Source: Natronomonas sp.
GTDB lineage: Archaea > Halobacteriota > Halobacteria > Halobacteriales > Haloarculaceae
DNA: 64,000 nt
NCBI GenBank assembly: GCA_046545615.1
Contig: JBKGZK010000003.1
Location: forward strand, 10,184 to 74,183
Reading direction: 5' to 3'
A model generated the notes under the pieces. The model was not told the DNA's origin, made no database searches, and saw nothing but the letters and a program-made list of their open reading frames with translations. The translations under genes and the position numbers were made by a program. Below, in pieces: positions 41,384 through 50,391 of the stretch. Each line of letters begins with the position of its first letter. Positions within the stretch are counted from its first letter, which is position 1.

Positions 41384-41737
41384 CTACTCCGAGAGCTCCC
41401 AAGACCCGTCAAGAACCGCTTTACACTGAGTAATTATTTGATCGGTGAACTCCGTCGTGATTCGTCCCTGTGGATTCGCTACGGCACGGTGTTTGACCGT
41501 TCCAATAACCCATGGAGAACAATATGATGCCTTATCAGGGTTTCGGCCTGTAATCCACGCATCTCCGACCTCGTGGTTTGCCGGAAGGTTGCTCGTCGTG
41601 AGTGCAGCACAAACGTACTCCTCGCCGGGATACGGTAGCTGCTCTGCGGCCAGAATTAACCAGAGTCGAGGATTCGATCCCTGTCTGAAAGGATCGGGAG
41701 CCCAGAAGACATCCCCCTTCTTATAGGAGTCACTCAC
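41384..41737 (-). CDS. PemK/MazF-like putative toxin
   Basis: GTG start overlapping the upstream stop; YKKGDVFWAPDPF...PRLWLIL...YVCAALTT resembles the PemK N-terminal fold. Confidence 0.6.
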   Translation of the reverse strand: MSDSYKKGDVFWAPDPFRQGSNPRLWLILAAEQLPYPGEEYVCAALTTSNLPANHEVGDAWITGRNPDKASYCSPWVIGTVKHRAVANPQGRITTEFTDQIITQCKAVLDGSWELSE

Positions 41738-42092
41738 GCTGTTCACGCGGATCGGCCGCGTACTGCTGCCACTCGTCGTACTCGAACGGCGCTTCTTCGT
41801 GACTTGCTGCGACTTCACTCGCATGAATCGTTGCAGCGTCGACGCTCCGATCGTGATCACTGATTCGCCAGTACTGTCCTCTGTGGTCTACTCGTCCGCG
41901 TTCCCGAAGCCGCACCAGCGTCGGTCCGACCGAGCCACGCTTGACCTTGGTCGCCTCTGCGATCTCGGTTTGAGTGAACGCCTCGTGTGCATGCTCTTCA
42001 AGAAATTCGAGTATCTTGGCAGCATTCGTCTCGGGTCTTGGTTGTCCCTCGCCGTTATCGATCTCCTCGAACCGATCAGCACTGATTGGCAT
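41730..42092 (-). CDS. MarR-like winged-helix protein, putative antitoxin
   Basis: MPISADRF...TNAAKILEFL...AFTQTEIAEAT.VKRGSVGPTLVRLRERGRVDHRGQYW. Confidence 0.75.
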   Translation of the reverse strand: MPISADRFEEIDNGEGQPRPETNAAKILEFLEEHAHEAFTQTEIAEATKVKRGSVGPTLVRLRERGRVDHRGQYWRISDHDRSVDAATIHASEVAASHEEAPFEYDEWQQYAADPREQRE

Positions 42093-42382
42093 ATGTATGT
42101 ACTGTTTTGTATTAGATGTACTAAAGGCTTCCCCGGATGCTCTCGCGTCCGTCTGTGGCCCAGGGGATCGCAAATGTTGATACCACGAGGCGTACTTTGA
42201 TTCCGATACGAATCGATCACCATGGGGAAAACAACCCAGCAGACATCGTTTTATGCTCTTCATCAGCAGCAATTTTCCAGCCTTACAGTAGTATGCCAGC
42301 TTACTTCGGGAAAACCGACCTCGACAATAGATTGTAGCCGATGCTATACATATTATTTATAAATAATTCTAGTAAGCCATTT

Positions 42383-42404
42383 AAAATGTACGCCCGGAAC
42401 ACTA
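42383..42404 (+). repeat. Direct repeat copy 2: AAAATGTACGCCCGGAACA-C-TA
   Basis: Matches 41298-41319. Confidence 0.85.
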
Positions 42405-42725
42405 ACGTCCGACGTCACTCCAGGCGGCGTGCCATGGTCGGTCGGCTAACCCTCGTGCCGGGCGGGCGACCGCTTTGCGGCCGCCGATTGTGGGGAACAC
42501 GATGGTTCCCGTGTGCCGAAACGGCAGTGACCGTTGCGGCAAGTCGCATGTGGCGCACCCGGGTTCTCCGATCCGTCATTGCTGCCCGTGGGGCTACTCG
42601 GTCGGGGACAGGGGTACGCATGTAGAAATATGAACCGCAGTGATAATCGTCTTTCGACCGGGCACGCGTTTCGAAGGGAAACCCATCTGATCGAACATCG
42701 GTGTCGATCGATCCCCACTCACCGA

Positions 42726-44081
42726 TCACTCCGAAACGTCGATACCGGATCGTTCGTGCGTTCCGAATTCGGGATGTGTCTCCTCCATGGCGAAGAGGAC
42801 GAGCCCCCCGGAGAGGAACATCGCGATCGCGGTTCCATAAAAGGCCGCCTCGATCGACAGCAGGTCCATCGAGAGGCCGATGAGGATCGCACCAACTGCA
42901 TAGCCTAGGTCGCGCCACAGCCGGTAGACGCCCAGACCAGTCGACCGCCACAGCGGATGCGCCGCGTCGCTGGCCACGGAGATCAGGTTCGGGTAGTGTA
43001 GCGCCATGCCCACGCCGGCAATAGCCGACAGGACGATCCAGGCGTAATAGCCATCGACGAACATCATACCGAGCACCCCGGCCCCGGCCAGGAAGAACCC
43101 GGCCACGATCGGGGGTTTCCTGCCGATCCGATCGCCGAGTCTGCCCGTGTATATCTGGAGGAAGTACGCCGCGCTGTGGGCGCCGACGACGACACCAATC
43201 TGGGCCGTATCGAGCCCCTGCGTGAGGAGGAACAGAGGAAACCCAATCCAGACGAGGGTATCCACGAAATTCTCCACGTGACCTGCCTGTGCCGCGGTGA
43301 ATAACGTTCGGTCTCCGTAGGTCGCCCGTTTGACGATTTCGACGAAGGTGAGATCCGCCTCGTCGCGAGTTTCACCCCCGTCGGATTCTAGATCGGGATC
43401 GGGATCGTTCGTCTGTCCCCCCGACTCGTCGTGTTCAGACTCCCCGGAATCGGCGTCGTGGGCGGCGGCTTCTGCCTTCGCGTACGGGAGCGTCTCCTCG
43501 ATCAGGAACACGGCGATCAACAACGCAAGCACGATGACGACTGCGAGGAAGTAGAAGGGTTCCGGGCGCAGGCTGTAATTTGCGGCAATCACTCCGGTCA
43601 GCCACGCGCCGATCGCAACCCCGGTGTAGCCAAACGCCTCGTCGATTCCGGCCGCCAAGCCCCGCTCGCCCGGTCCGGCGAGTTCGATTTTCGAGATCAT
43701 GCTCATGCTCCAGGCGATCCCTTGGTTGACGCCGAGGAGCACGTTACCGACGGCGACCCACGACCACGAGGGAGCGAAGATGAGAATAAACGGGATCGGG
43801 ATCGCCGACAGCCAGCCGATAATGAGAATGGGACGACGGCCATAGACGTCGGCCCACTTCCCGGAGTAGAGGTTCAAAACCGCCTTGACGATACCGAAGC
43901 TCACGACAAAGGACCCGATTACGAGAAACGACTGGACACCGAAGAGTTCCTCGCCCATGATAGGGACGACGTTTCGTTCTGCGCCCATCGTGAGCCCGAC
44001 TGCAAAGACCGTCGCGATCTGCAGGAGGAACTGTCGCCAGTTCCGTGCGATTCCCTGCTGATAAGAAGCCTCGCCGCTCAT
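42726..44081 (-). CDS. MFS transporter
   Basis: GKWADVYGRR and GRLGDRIGRK motif A; about 12 TM; ATGA overlap with upstream gene. Confidence 0.92.
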   Translation of the reverse strand: MSGEASYQQGIARNWRQFLLQIATVFAVGLTMGAERNVVPIMGEELFGVQSFLVIGSFVVSFGIVKAVLNLYSGKWADVYGRRPILIIGWLSAIPIPFILIFAPSWSWVAVGNVLLGVNQGIAWSMSMISKIELAGPGERGLAAGIDEAFGYTGVAIGAWLTGVIAANYSLRPEPFYFLAVVIVLALLIAVFLIEETLPYAKAEAAAHDADSGESEHDESGGQTNDPDPDLESDGGETRDEADLTFVEIVKRATYGDRTLFTAAQAGHVENFVDTLVWIGFPLFLLTQGLDTAQIGVVVGAHSAAYFLQIYTGRLGDRIGRKPPIVAGFFLAGAGVLGMMFVDGYYAWIVLSAIAGVGMALHYPNLISVASDAAHPLWRSTGLGVYRLWRDLGYAVGAILIGLSMDLLSIEAAFYGTAIAMFLSGGLVLFAMEETHPEFGTHERSGIDVSE

Positions 44082-45184
44082 TCCGCCGCACATCGGTTGG
44101 GTCCCAGTTCGATCGAGGCTCGGTCCGATTCGTCGACGGTCTCACGCCCCACGTTTACTGCCTTGACGCGCTGGAAGTTGGGGGGATGGTCGGGCACGTC
44201 GGATGCGAGAATCGAGACGAATTCGTCGCGGTCCCGGTCCAGATCGGCGTTCCGTTCTACGACCTCCTGCAACCGGACCGCGACGGGAGGCTCCGGCGAT
44301 CCGGGATCGTGTGATGGCAGGATTAGTGGATCCGCTGCTCGGTCTCGAATCCGTTGGAGACTCTCATAGAGGGTCGCCGCGTTCTCCTCGATGGATGTAT
44401 CTTCGATCCCGGCTTCGACGCCGAGTTCGACCCGTCCGACGCTCTCGTGAAACAGCGTATCGCCCGTCAGGAGCGCGTCTCCTTCGATCGAATAGGTCAC
44501 GCCACCTTCGCTGTGGCCGGGGGTGTGAACGACGGTGACCTCCACCTCGCCGATGGTATGAACATCTTCGTCTTCGACGTCCGTCGCGTCGATCCCCAGC
44601 GCGTCGTCAGGGTGGAGGAAATACTGGACGTCGTGGGCATCTGCGAGTTCGCGACCGCCGGAGAGGTGGTCTGCGTGGGCGTGGGTGTCGAACACACCGA
44701 CGAGGGACGCGTCGTATTCTTCGAGAATCGCCACGTACTCCGAAACGTACTGTGAGGGATCGAACACAGCGGCCTCGCCGTCCGACACCAGGACGTAGGA
44801 GAGACATCCCTTCCCGGGACGGGTAACCTGTACGAGCGTTCCCTCGACGTCGACCTCCACCTCGGCAGATCGATGGACGCGACTCCAACCGTTCATGCCG
44901 TCTACGAGTGTTTTCACGTCGTAGCCGAGATCCTCGAGCACCGTGGTGGCATCCTGTGAGAGGACTCCGGCGGCACACACGGTGACTACCTCCTCGTCCG
45001 AGGGGATCTCCGAGAGTGCCGGTTTTGCCAGTTCCGGATCGGCGTCGAGTTGATCGTAGACGTCGATGTTGACGCTGCCCGGGATGTTCCAGTCCGTATA
45101 CTCCTCCTCGTGGCGAATGTCGAGGATGTAGGGCGAGTCGCGTTGTATCTGTTCTGCGAGCGTCTCCGGTTCGATCGTCGTCAT
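44078..45184 (-). CDS. Rhodanese-MBL fusion (persulfide dioxygenase-like)
   Basis: N-terminal rhodanese (LDIRH, IPGS, VCAAGVLS, GMNGW) plus MBL (GCLSY, DTHAHADH, HTPGHS, TGDTLF). Confidence 0.88.
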   Translation of the reverse strand: MTTIEPETLAEQIQRDSPYILDIRHEEEYTDWNIPGSVNIDVYDQLDADPELAKPALSEIPSDEEVVTVCAAGVLSQDATTVLEDLGYDVKTLVDGMNGWSRVHRSAEVEVDVEGTLVQVTRPGKGCLSYVLVSDGEAAVFDPSQYVSEYVAILEEYDASLVGVFDTHAHADHLSGGRELADAHDVQYFLHPDDALGIDATDVEDEDVHTIGEVEVTVVHTPGHSEGGVTYSIEGDALLTGDTLFHESVGRVELGVEAGIEDTSIEENAATLYESLQRIRDRAADPLILPSHDPGSPEPPVAVRLQEVVERNADLDRDRDEFVSILASDVPDHPPNFQRVKAVNVGRETVDESDRASIELGPNRCAAE

Positions 45185-45272
45185 TCTATAGTATTCCAGG
45201 TTCGTGTTCCCTTTATGACTACTGCGAGCTATAACCGGTAGGCCTATTCGAATCGAGTAACAACCAGTTCGC

Positions 45273-46010
45273 ATGAGTTTCTACCAGGCGACCTTCCGCC
45301 TCGGTCACGAATGCCCCTACCGGGACCTCTCGGAGCAGTATCCGGATCTCTCCATTCGGGAATGGTACCTGAGTGACTGCCAGGTGCTCGAAGTTTCCTC
45401 CAAAAACGCTCCCGCTGACCAGTTGGTCGAAGACGTCGAGAAACTCGGTACGGTGCTTCACAAAGCCGACACGGAGTCTGGACTCCACGTCGTCCTCCAG
45501 TCGTGTCAGTGTACGCTGGAGGATTCGATCATCGAGCGAATTGAAGCGCACAACTGTCTCTACCAGCCACCGACGGTCCACCGACAGGGCTGGGAGCACT
45601 ACACCGTTATCGCCTTCGAAGAGGAGAACATCAGAGCGCTCCACGACGACCTGGATGCAAACCGCAACATCGAGGTCGTTTCGAAGACCGGTATCGAGGA
45701 ATCACAGATTCCCCACAGTCTCCTCGCGCCAGTCGACCAGCTCTTCGACGGCTTGACCGACCGGCAGCTGGCTGCACTCCAGCTCGCGCTCGATTCGGGA
45801 TACTACGAACAACCCCGACGGACGTCGGTGAGTAAACTCGCCCAGCAGACCGCCGTCGCTCGCTCCACCTATGAAGAGCACCTCCGGAAGGCAGAAAACA
45901 AGCTCCTCACGAACGTGGGACAGTTCGTCCGCCTCGTCCTTGGAGCCGAGAGTACCGACCCCCTCAATATCGCGCAAACCCACCCGCGAATGGCTGCCGA
46001 ATCCGATTGA
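45273..46010 (+). CDS. Bat-type (HTH-10) transcriptional regulator
   Basis: HECPY N-terminus; LTDRQ..AL..A...GYYE.PR...HLRKAENK. Confidence 0.9.
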   Translation: MSFYQATFRLGHECPYRDLSEQYPDLSIREWYLSDCQVLEVSSKNAPADQLVEDVEKLGTVLHKADTESGLHVVLQSCQCTLEDSIIERIEAHNCLYQPPTVHRQGWEHYTVIAFEEENIRALHDDLDANRNIEVVSKTGIEESQIPHSLLAPVDQLFDGLTDRQLAALQLALDSGYYEQPRRTSVSKLAQQTAVARSTYEEHLRKAENKLLTNVGQFVRLVLGAESTDPLNIAQTHPRMAAESD

Positions 46011-46046
46011 GAACGTGGCGAGTTCGAAGAATTGTCGCTCGAACGA

Positions 46047-47399
46047 TCAGATCGCGTACTCGTCCTCGCGGATCTGGACGTACCGGTTCCCTCGGTAACG
46101 AACCTTCCGCCAGACATATTCCGCGAACAGCTTCAATCCCGAGTATCCGGAATAGGCCGCCTGCCTCGGAGTGAACCCGTCATTGTCCTGCAAACGATTA
46201 ACGAGAGCGAATACCCGGTTCCAGTCGTCTGGACCGTATCCCCGGACCATGTCGGCAAAGACGAGGTTTCGACGGACCTCGTCGCCAATGGCACGATGCC
46301 ACTCGAGGTTGTAGGCGTCGATCGACTCCTGGGCAGCAAGTCGGCCGGCGAGTTGTCCCGTCCTGATGGCGACGTGGTCGCCACCTTCGTGAAACGCACT
46401 GGTGGCCGCCATCGCCCCGCCAGCGATCGCTACGTTGGCTGCCGTCGGCGATTCGATCGGATGGGTTGAGGATATTGGATAGGTTTCCGTACCGCCTCGT
46501 TTGCCACGATCCTCCAGGAGCGGGAAGTCGTCGATGTCGTACCCGGGATAGACCGTTTCGATAAGCCGGCGAATGTAGGTAGCCCCATTGGGGATTGACT
46601 CGTCCTCGGGACGCAAGAGCCTGTAGGCTTCGCGATTCTCGACTTCGTCGATGTCCATCCCGATCGGCATGGTGAGCCCGATGCGAGCCACAGGGTCGTC
46701 GTTGGGGAAGATCCAAGGATAAGCCGTGTGACCCGGCATGTAGCCCCACCAGAACTTGAGCCGGTCGGCCTCGAATAGTTCCTCGGGCATGCGACGATAC
46801 TCCTGGTAGGCGATGTGGTTCGCGCGGTTGGACGCCAGCCGCGACATCTGGGAGTCGTCGAGCCAGCGTTCGAGGATTCGCCCGGTGATTGTACGCTGGG
46901 GCCCGTCAGCGAGGATTAGGTGCTTCGTCTCGATTTCGGACCCATCCCGTAGCGTGAGCTGGTGGGACGGCCGGCCCGTGAGGTCCGACTCGACCTCACC
47001 CACCGCGTCACCGACGCGATACGCGGCTCCGGCCAATTCAGCACGCTCCCTGAGCCAGTCGTCGAACCGGGCCCGGTGGACCGTGAACCCGAAGTTTGGA
47101 TAAGACGATTCGATCCCCGACTCCCGTATGGTGAGGGTCTCATCCGGGCCGATAAACTCGGCCGCGGCCAGTTCCTGGTGTTTGACCCGCTCTGGGATCG
47201 GTTCGTCGAGGTTCATGATGTCGACCCAGTAGTCGAGAATTCCGGCCGCGTCGGTCGAATCCGGCCCGAGCCCGTCACGGTCCGCGCGAGGGACGCCCTT
47301 TTCAATCACGACCGTGTCGGCTCCCTCGGTCGCGGCGGCGTGCCCGGCCGACGACCCTGCCGGCCCGCCACCCACCACGGCGACGTCTACTCGCTGCAT
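46047..47399 (-). CDS. FAD-dependent oxidoreductase, geranylgeranyl reductase-like
   Basis: VVGGGPAGS, RARFDDWL, ADG, YPWIFP, GGA...HEGG. Confidence 0.85.
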   Translation of the reverse strand: MQRVDVAVVGGGPAGSSAGHAAATEGADTVVIEKGVPRADRDGLGPDSTDAAGILDYWVDIMNLDEPIPERVKHQELAAAEFIGPDETLTIRESGIESSYPNFGFTVHRARFDDWLRERAELAGAAYRVGDAVGEVESDLTGRPSHQLTLRDGSEIETKHLILADGPQRTITGRILERWLDDSQMSRLASNRANHIAYQEYRRMPEELFEADRLKFWWGYMPGHTAYPWIFPNDDPVARIGLTMPIGMDIDEVENREAYRLLRPEDESIPNGATYIRRLIETVYPGYDIDDFPLLEDRGKRGGTETYPISSTHPIESPTAANVAIAGGAMAATSAFHEGGDHVAIRTGQLAGRLAAQESIDAYNLEWHRAIGDEVRRNLVFADMVRGYGPDDWNRVFALVNRLQDNDGFTPRQAAYSGYSGLKLFAEYVWRKVRYRGNRYVQIREDEYAI

Positions 47400-47508
47400 G
47401 CGTCAGTCCGGGAGCCGACGGGGCATAAAACGATTGACCGCCATCGATACAGGAATTGGTGGGAAAACGGCCCGAGCCACGCGGTCGAGAGGCGTTCCAA
47501 TCCGGGGT

Positions 47509-48042
47509 TCAGTACGACGGAGCTTCCTCGGGGACGCCGTCGCGCGCGTTGACGACGCGGGCCCACACGAACAGCGCGTCCGAGAGTCGGTTTAAATACG
47601 CGACGGCGGCCTCAGAGACCGGTTCCTCCGCGGCGAGTGCCACCGCACGTCGCTCGGCGCGTCGACTGACCGAACGGGCGAGGTGGAGCGCTGCCCCCGC
47701 GTCGCTCCCGCCGGGAAGGATGAAATTCGTGAGCGGTTCCAGTTCGTCATCGTAGGTGTCCATCCACGCCTCGAGCTGGTCGACGTCGTCCTCGCCGATC
47801 CGAGGGTCGTCCCCTTCGGGTTCGGGGGTGGCGAACTCCGCCTGGATCACGTGGAGGTGATTCTGTACGGCGGCGAGCTTCTCGTCGACGTCATCGTAGC
47901 CCGACGGTCGGACCGACCCCACAACGCTGTTGAGTTCGTCGACGGTTCCGTAGGCCTCGATTCTGGCACTCGTCTTCGACACCCGGGTCATGTCGCGGAG
48001 ATCAGTCATCCCCTCGTCGCCGCGACCGGTGTAGATCTTCAT
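47509..48042 (-). CDS. pduO: Cob(I)alamin adenosyltransferase, PduO type
   Basis: MKIYTGRGDEG.T, AYGTVDELNS, FILPGG, RRAER, YLNRLSD. Confidence 0.95.
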   Translation of the reverse strand: MKIYTGRGDEGMTDLRDMTRVSKTSARIEAYGTVDELNSVVGSVRPSGYDDVDEKLAAVQNHLHVIQAEFATPEPEGDDPRIGEDDVDQLEAWMDTYDDELEPLTNFILPGGSDAGAALHLARSVSRRAERRAVALAAEEPVSEAAVAYLNRLSDALFVWARVVNARDGVPEEAPSY

Positions 48043-48096
48043 ACGCCGGGTAGGGTGGCCCGTTGCTTATATGGTGCGGCACGCGACCCAGATCCG

Positions 48097-48501
48097 TCAC
48101 TCGATCGGGCGGCCGTCCTCGGTCGGTGGTGCGATGTGATCGATAAAAGCGTCGACGTCGGGTTCCTCGACGGTCACCCGGACGTGGAGGTCGCCGAGCT
48201 CGCTCGGAGAGCCTACGACAAAGTTGACCCGTCCCTCGAAGGCGGCCTGCTTTTTCAAATCGAACGAGAAGGTGTTCCCCTGCCGGTTCGCAAAGAACTG
48301 CCCGCGAGCCGTATCGAGGATGGCCTGTTCGTGGAGCCGCTCGGAGAGGTGTTCGAGGCTGTGCGTCTTCGCGATCAACTCACCGGGGAGCGATTCGATC
48401 TCCGCCTCGGGGAAGAGGTTCCGAATCGCGTCGGCGACGCGATCCGTCACCTCCGTGGGGTTGACGGGAACCGTTATCTGGACGTCGTTGCGGTAGATCA
48501 A
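48097..48501 (-). CDS. UPF0201/DUF54 putative RNA-binding protein
   Basis: PTEV..RV..AI.NLFP, QAILDTAR, LKKQAAF. Confidence 0.85.
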   Translation of the reverse strand: MIYRNDVQITVPVNPTEVTDRVADAIRNLFPEAEIESLPGELIAKTHSLEHLSERLHEQAILDTARGQFFANRQGNTFSFDLKKQAAFEGRVNFVVGSPSELGDLHVRVTVEEPDVDAFIDHIAPPTEDGRPIE

Positions 48502-49034
48502 GATGTAAGAACCTCATAAACCTGGTCGCGAAACGACTGGAGTGATTCTGTGTTCTCAATCATTCGGTCGGCGCGATCCATCGCCTCGTCCAGGCCGAAC
48601 TCGCGTTCGCGTTCGTCGCGGGATCGGAGCCCCTCCCTGCCGTCGGTCTCGTCGCGGCCGCGTTCTTCGAGGCGTTCCGCGCGGACCTCGAACGGGGCGG
48701 TGATGCTCACGAGCGTGAAGTCGTCGCCGAACCGCTCTTCGAAGACGTCGATTTCGACGTCGGATCGGATGCCGTCGACGAGGACGGTGTCCGCAGTCTC
48801 GAGTTCGGATTCGATAAGGGGAAGTGATCGCTCGGCGATAGCGGCCGGGCCGTCCTCGTCGCGGAGGGCGCGGGCGACGTCGCCGTGGTGGTCCGCAGGA
48901 TCGAGGCCGCGGTCGCGGCACGCCTTGCGGATGACGTCGCCCATCGTCACGACGGGGATGTCGAGTTCCTCGGCGACGGTCGCAAACTCGCCCTTGCCGC
49001 TGCCGGCTAGGCCGACGGTTCCGATGACTCGCAT
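48498..49034 (-). CDS. UPF0200 P-loop kinase (dephospho-CoA kinase-like)
   Basis: GLAGSGKG Walker A, MGDVIR, VDGIRS, RDERE. Confidence 0.85.
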   Translation of the reverse strand: MRVIGTVGLAGSGKGEFATVAEELDIPVVTMGDVIRKACRDRGLDPADHHGDVARALRDEDGPAAIAERSLPLIESELETADTVLVDGIRSDVEIDVFEERFGDDFTLVSITAPFEVRAERLEERGRDETDGREGLRSRDEREREFGLDEAMDRADRMIENTESLQSFRDQVYEVLTS

Positions 49035-49127
49035 TCGAGTACGGGTAGTGAGGAAGCGCGCTTAACGGCTTTGTTCTCACCGGGAAACCCGTATCCCTTT
49101 TGGGTGTGCCACTGATACGGCTGGTAA

Positions 49128-49202
49128 GGGCACGTAGCTCAGCTCGGACAGAGCGTCGGACTTCTAATCCGATGGTCGTGGGTTCGAATCCCACCGTGCC
49201 CG
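49128..49202 (+). tRNA. tRNA-Arg (anticodon TCT)
   Basis: GGGCACG...TCGGA CT TCT AA TCCGA...GGTTCGAATCC...CGTGCCC G. Confidence 0.96.
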
Positions 49203-49269
49203 TGAAGCGACCGAAGGGAGCGAACTGGCACGGTGGGGGAGTCCCCAGTTAAATACTCAACCTATCCCC

Positions 49270-50136
49270 TCACCCAAACACCAACCCCTCTCGTTCACCC
49301 TCCGCACCAACAGTCGCAGCATACACGTGGAGCAAGGACAAGATCGACTCGCCACCGGCTCGAAACGTCTCGAGCAGGTCGCGCAATTCCGCCACGGTCA
49401 CCACGTCCGCACCGGCGTCGACGAGGCCGTCCGGATCGACCCGCGGGGTGTAGGGGATTCGATCCAGGTAGGTTTCCGCGAGGTCGAACGCCACGGTGCC
49501 GACGTCCTCGAACGCAGCCGACTCGAAGACCGGTCGCAGGTCCCTCGTCGCTTGCTCGAGATACGGTGGCCACTGGGCGAGACAGCGGTAAATGCTCGGC
49601 ACCATGGCGCCAAACGACGAGGCAAGGTCGTCGGGAACGACGTCCCGGGCAGCCTCCTGTGAGAGCATCGACGGCGGGCGTCCACGGTCCCGATCGAGCC
49701 ATTCCGGGAACGGCTCGGTTGCGGCTGCACCCTCGACATCGGTCCCGACCGGAACCTCGTTGAGCCGCCGATTGAGCAGACAAAACAGCACGGCGAGTCG
49801 GGGCGCGACGACGTCGAAGGTGGCGAGCTGCCCCCGCAACTCGGTGAAATCTGCGGGATCGAGCTCGACGTCACCGGGATCGTACAGTGGGAGATCGGAT
49901 CCGGCAGCCGCGAGCACACGGTCCCTGAAGGCCACGGTGAAGGCGGCGAATTCGCGGGTCTCGAAAACCGGCTTTATCTGGCCCCACACGTACCGCGTGA
50001 GTTCTGGCTCGTGGGCGACGAGCGTGCGCCAGATCGAGTTGACAATCGGCGCGCGAAACGTCGTCCGGACGTCGTCGTACAGGCCACGCTGGATGGGGGT
50101 CGCATCGGCCTCGAACACCTGAACGGTCGGGTCCAT
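49270..50136 (-). CDS. DehI-family (group I alpha-haloacid dehalogenase-like) protein
   Basis: Two-repeat architecture: YDDVR..FRAPIVNSIWRTL...W.QIKP and VPSIYRCLAQWPPYL. Confidence 0.65.
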   Translation of the reverse strand: MDPTVQVFEADATPIQRGLYDDVRTTFRAPIVNSIWRTLVAHEPELTRYVWGQIKPVFETREFAAFTVAFRDRVLAAAGSDLPLYDPGDVELDPADFTELRGQLATFDVVAPRLAVLFCLLNRRLNEVPVGTDVEGAAATEPFPEWLDRDRGRPPSMLSQEAARDVVPDDLASSFGAMVPSIYRCLAQWPPYLEQATRDLRPVFESAAFEDVGTVAFDLAETYLDRIPYTPRVDPDGLVDAGADVVTVAELRDLLETFRAGGESILSLLHVYAATVGAEGEREGLVFG

Positions 50137-50246
50137 ACCGCCCCTTGGAGGGCCGGTACCAATTGACTAACGGATGGAGACCGGATCCGTCGCGGTGCCG
50201 TGACCGACGACGAACAGTTAACTCACGTGGGATTGAACGGGCGCGT

Positions 50247-50303
50247 ATGTGCACGGTTCCGGCGATTCCAGACGGGTCCGTGTGCGCACCACGAGCGAAG
50301 TAA
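50247..50303 (+). other. Candidate upstream ORF (18 aa) in the P-type ATPase leader
   Basis: MCTVPAIPDGSVCAPRAK*; CGAAC...TTAAC at -29..-25; followed by hairpin CGGACGCA/TGCGTCCG. Confidence 0.3.
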
Positions 50304-50391
50304 CAGTCGAGCGAGCGACAGCAAAACGAGGACGTCGGACGCATCGATTTCGGGTGCGTCCGGTGACGCGAAGCCGGACGACGGGTACGCA

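Noticed and set aside
42436-42500. Resemblance to the c-di-AMP (ydaO) riboswitch (GTCGGCTAACCC, GGGGAAC)
   Set aside because: Elements are in the wrong order, other conserved blocks are missing, and there is no downstream gene on that strand
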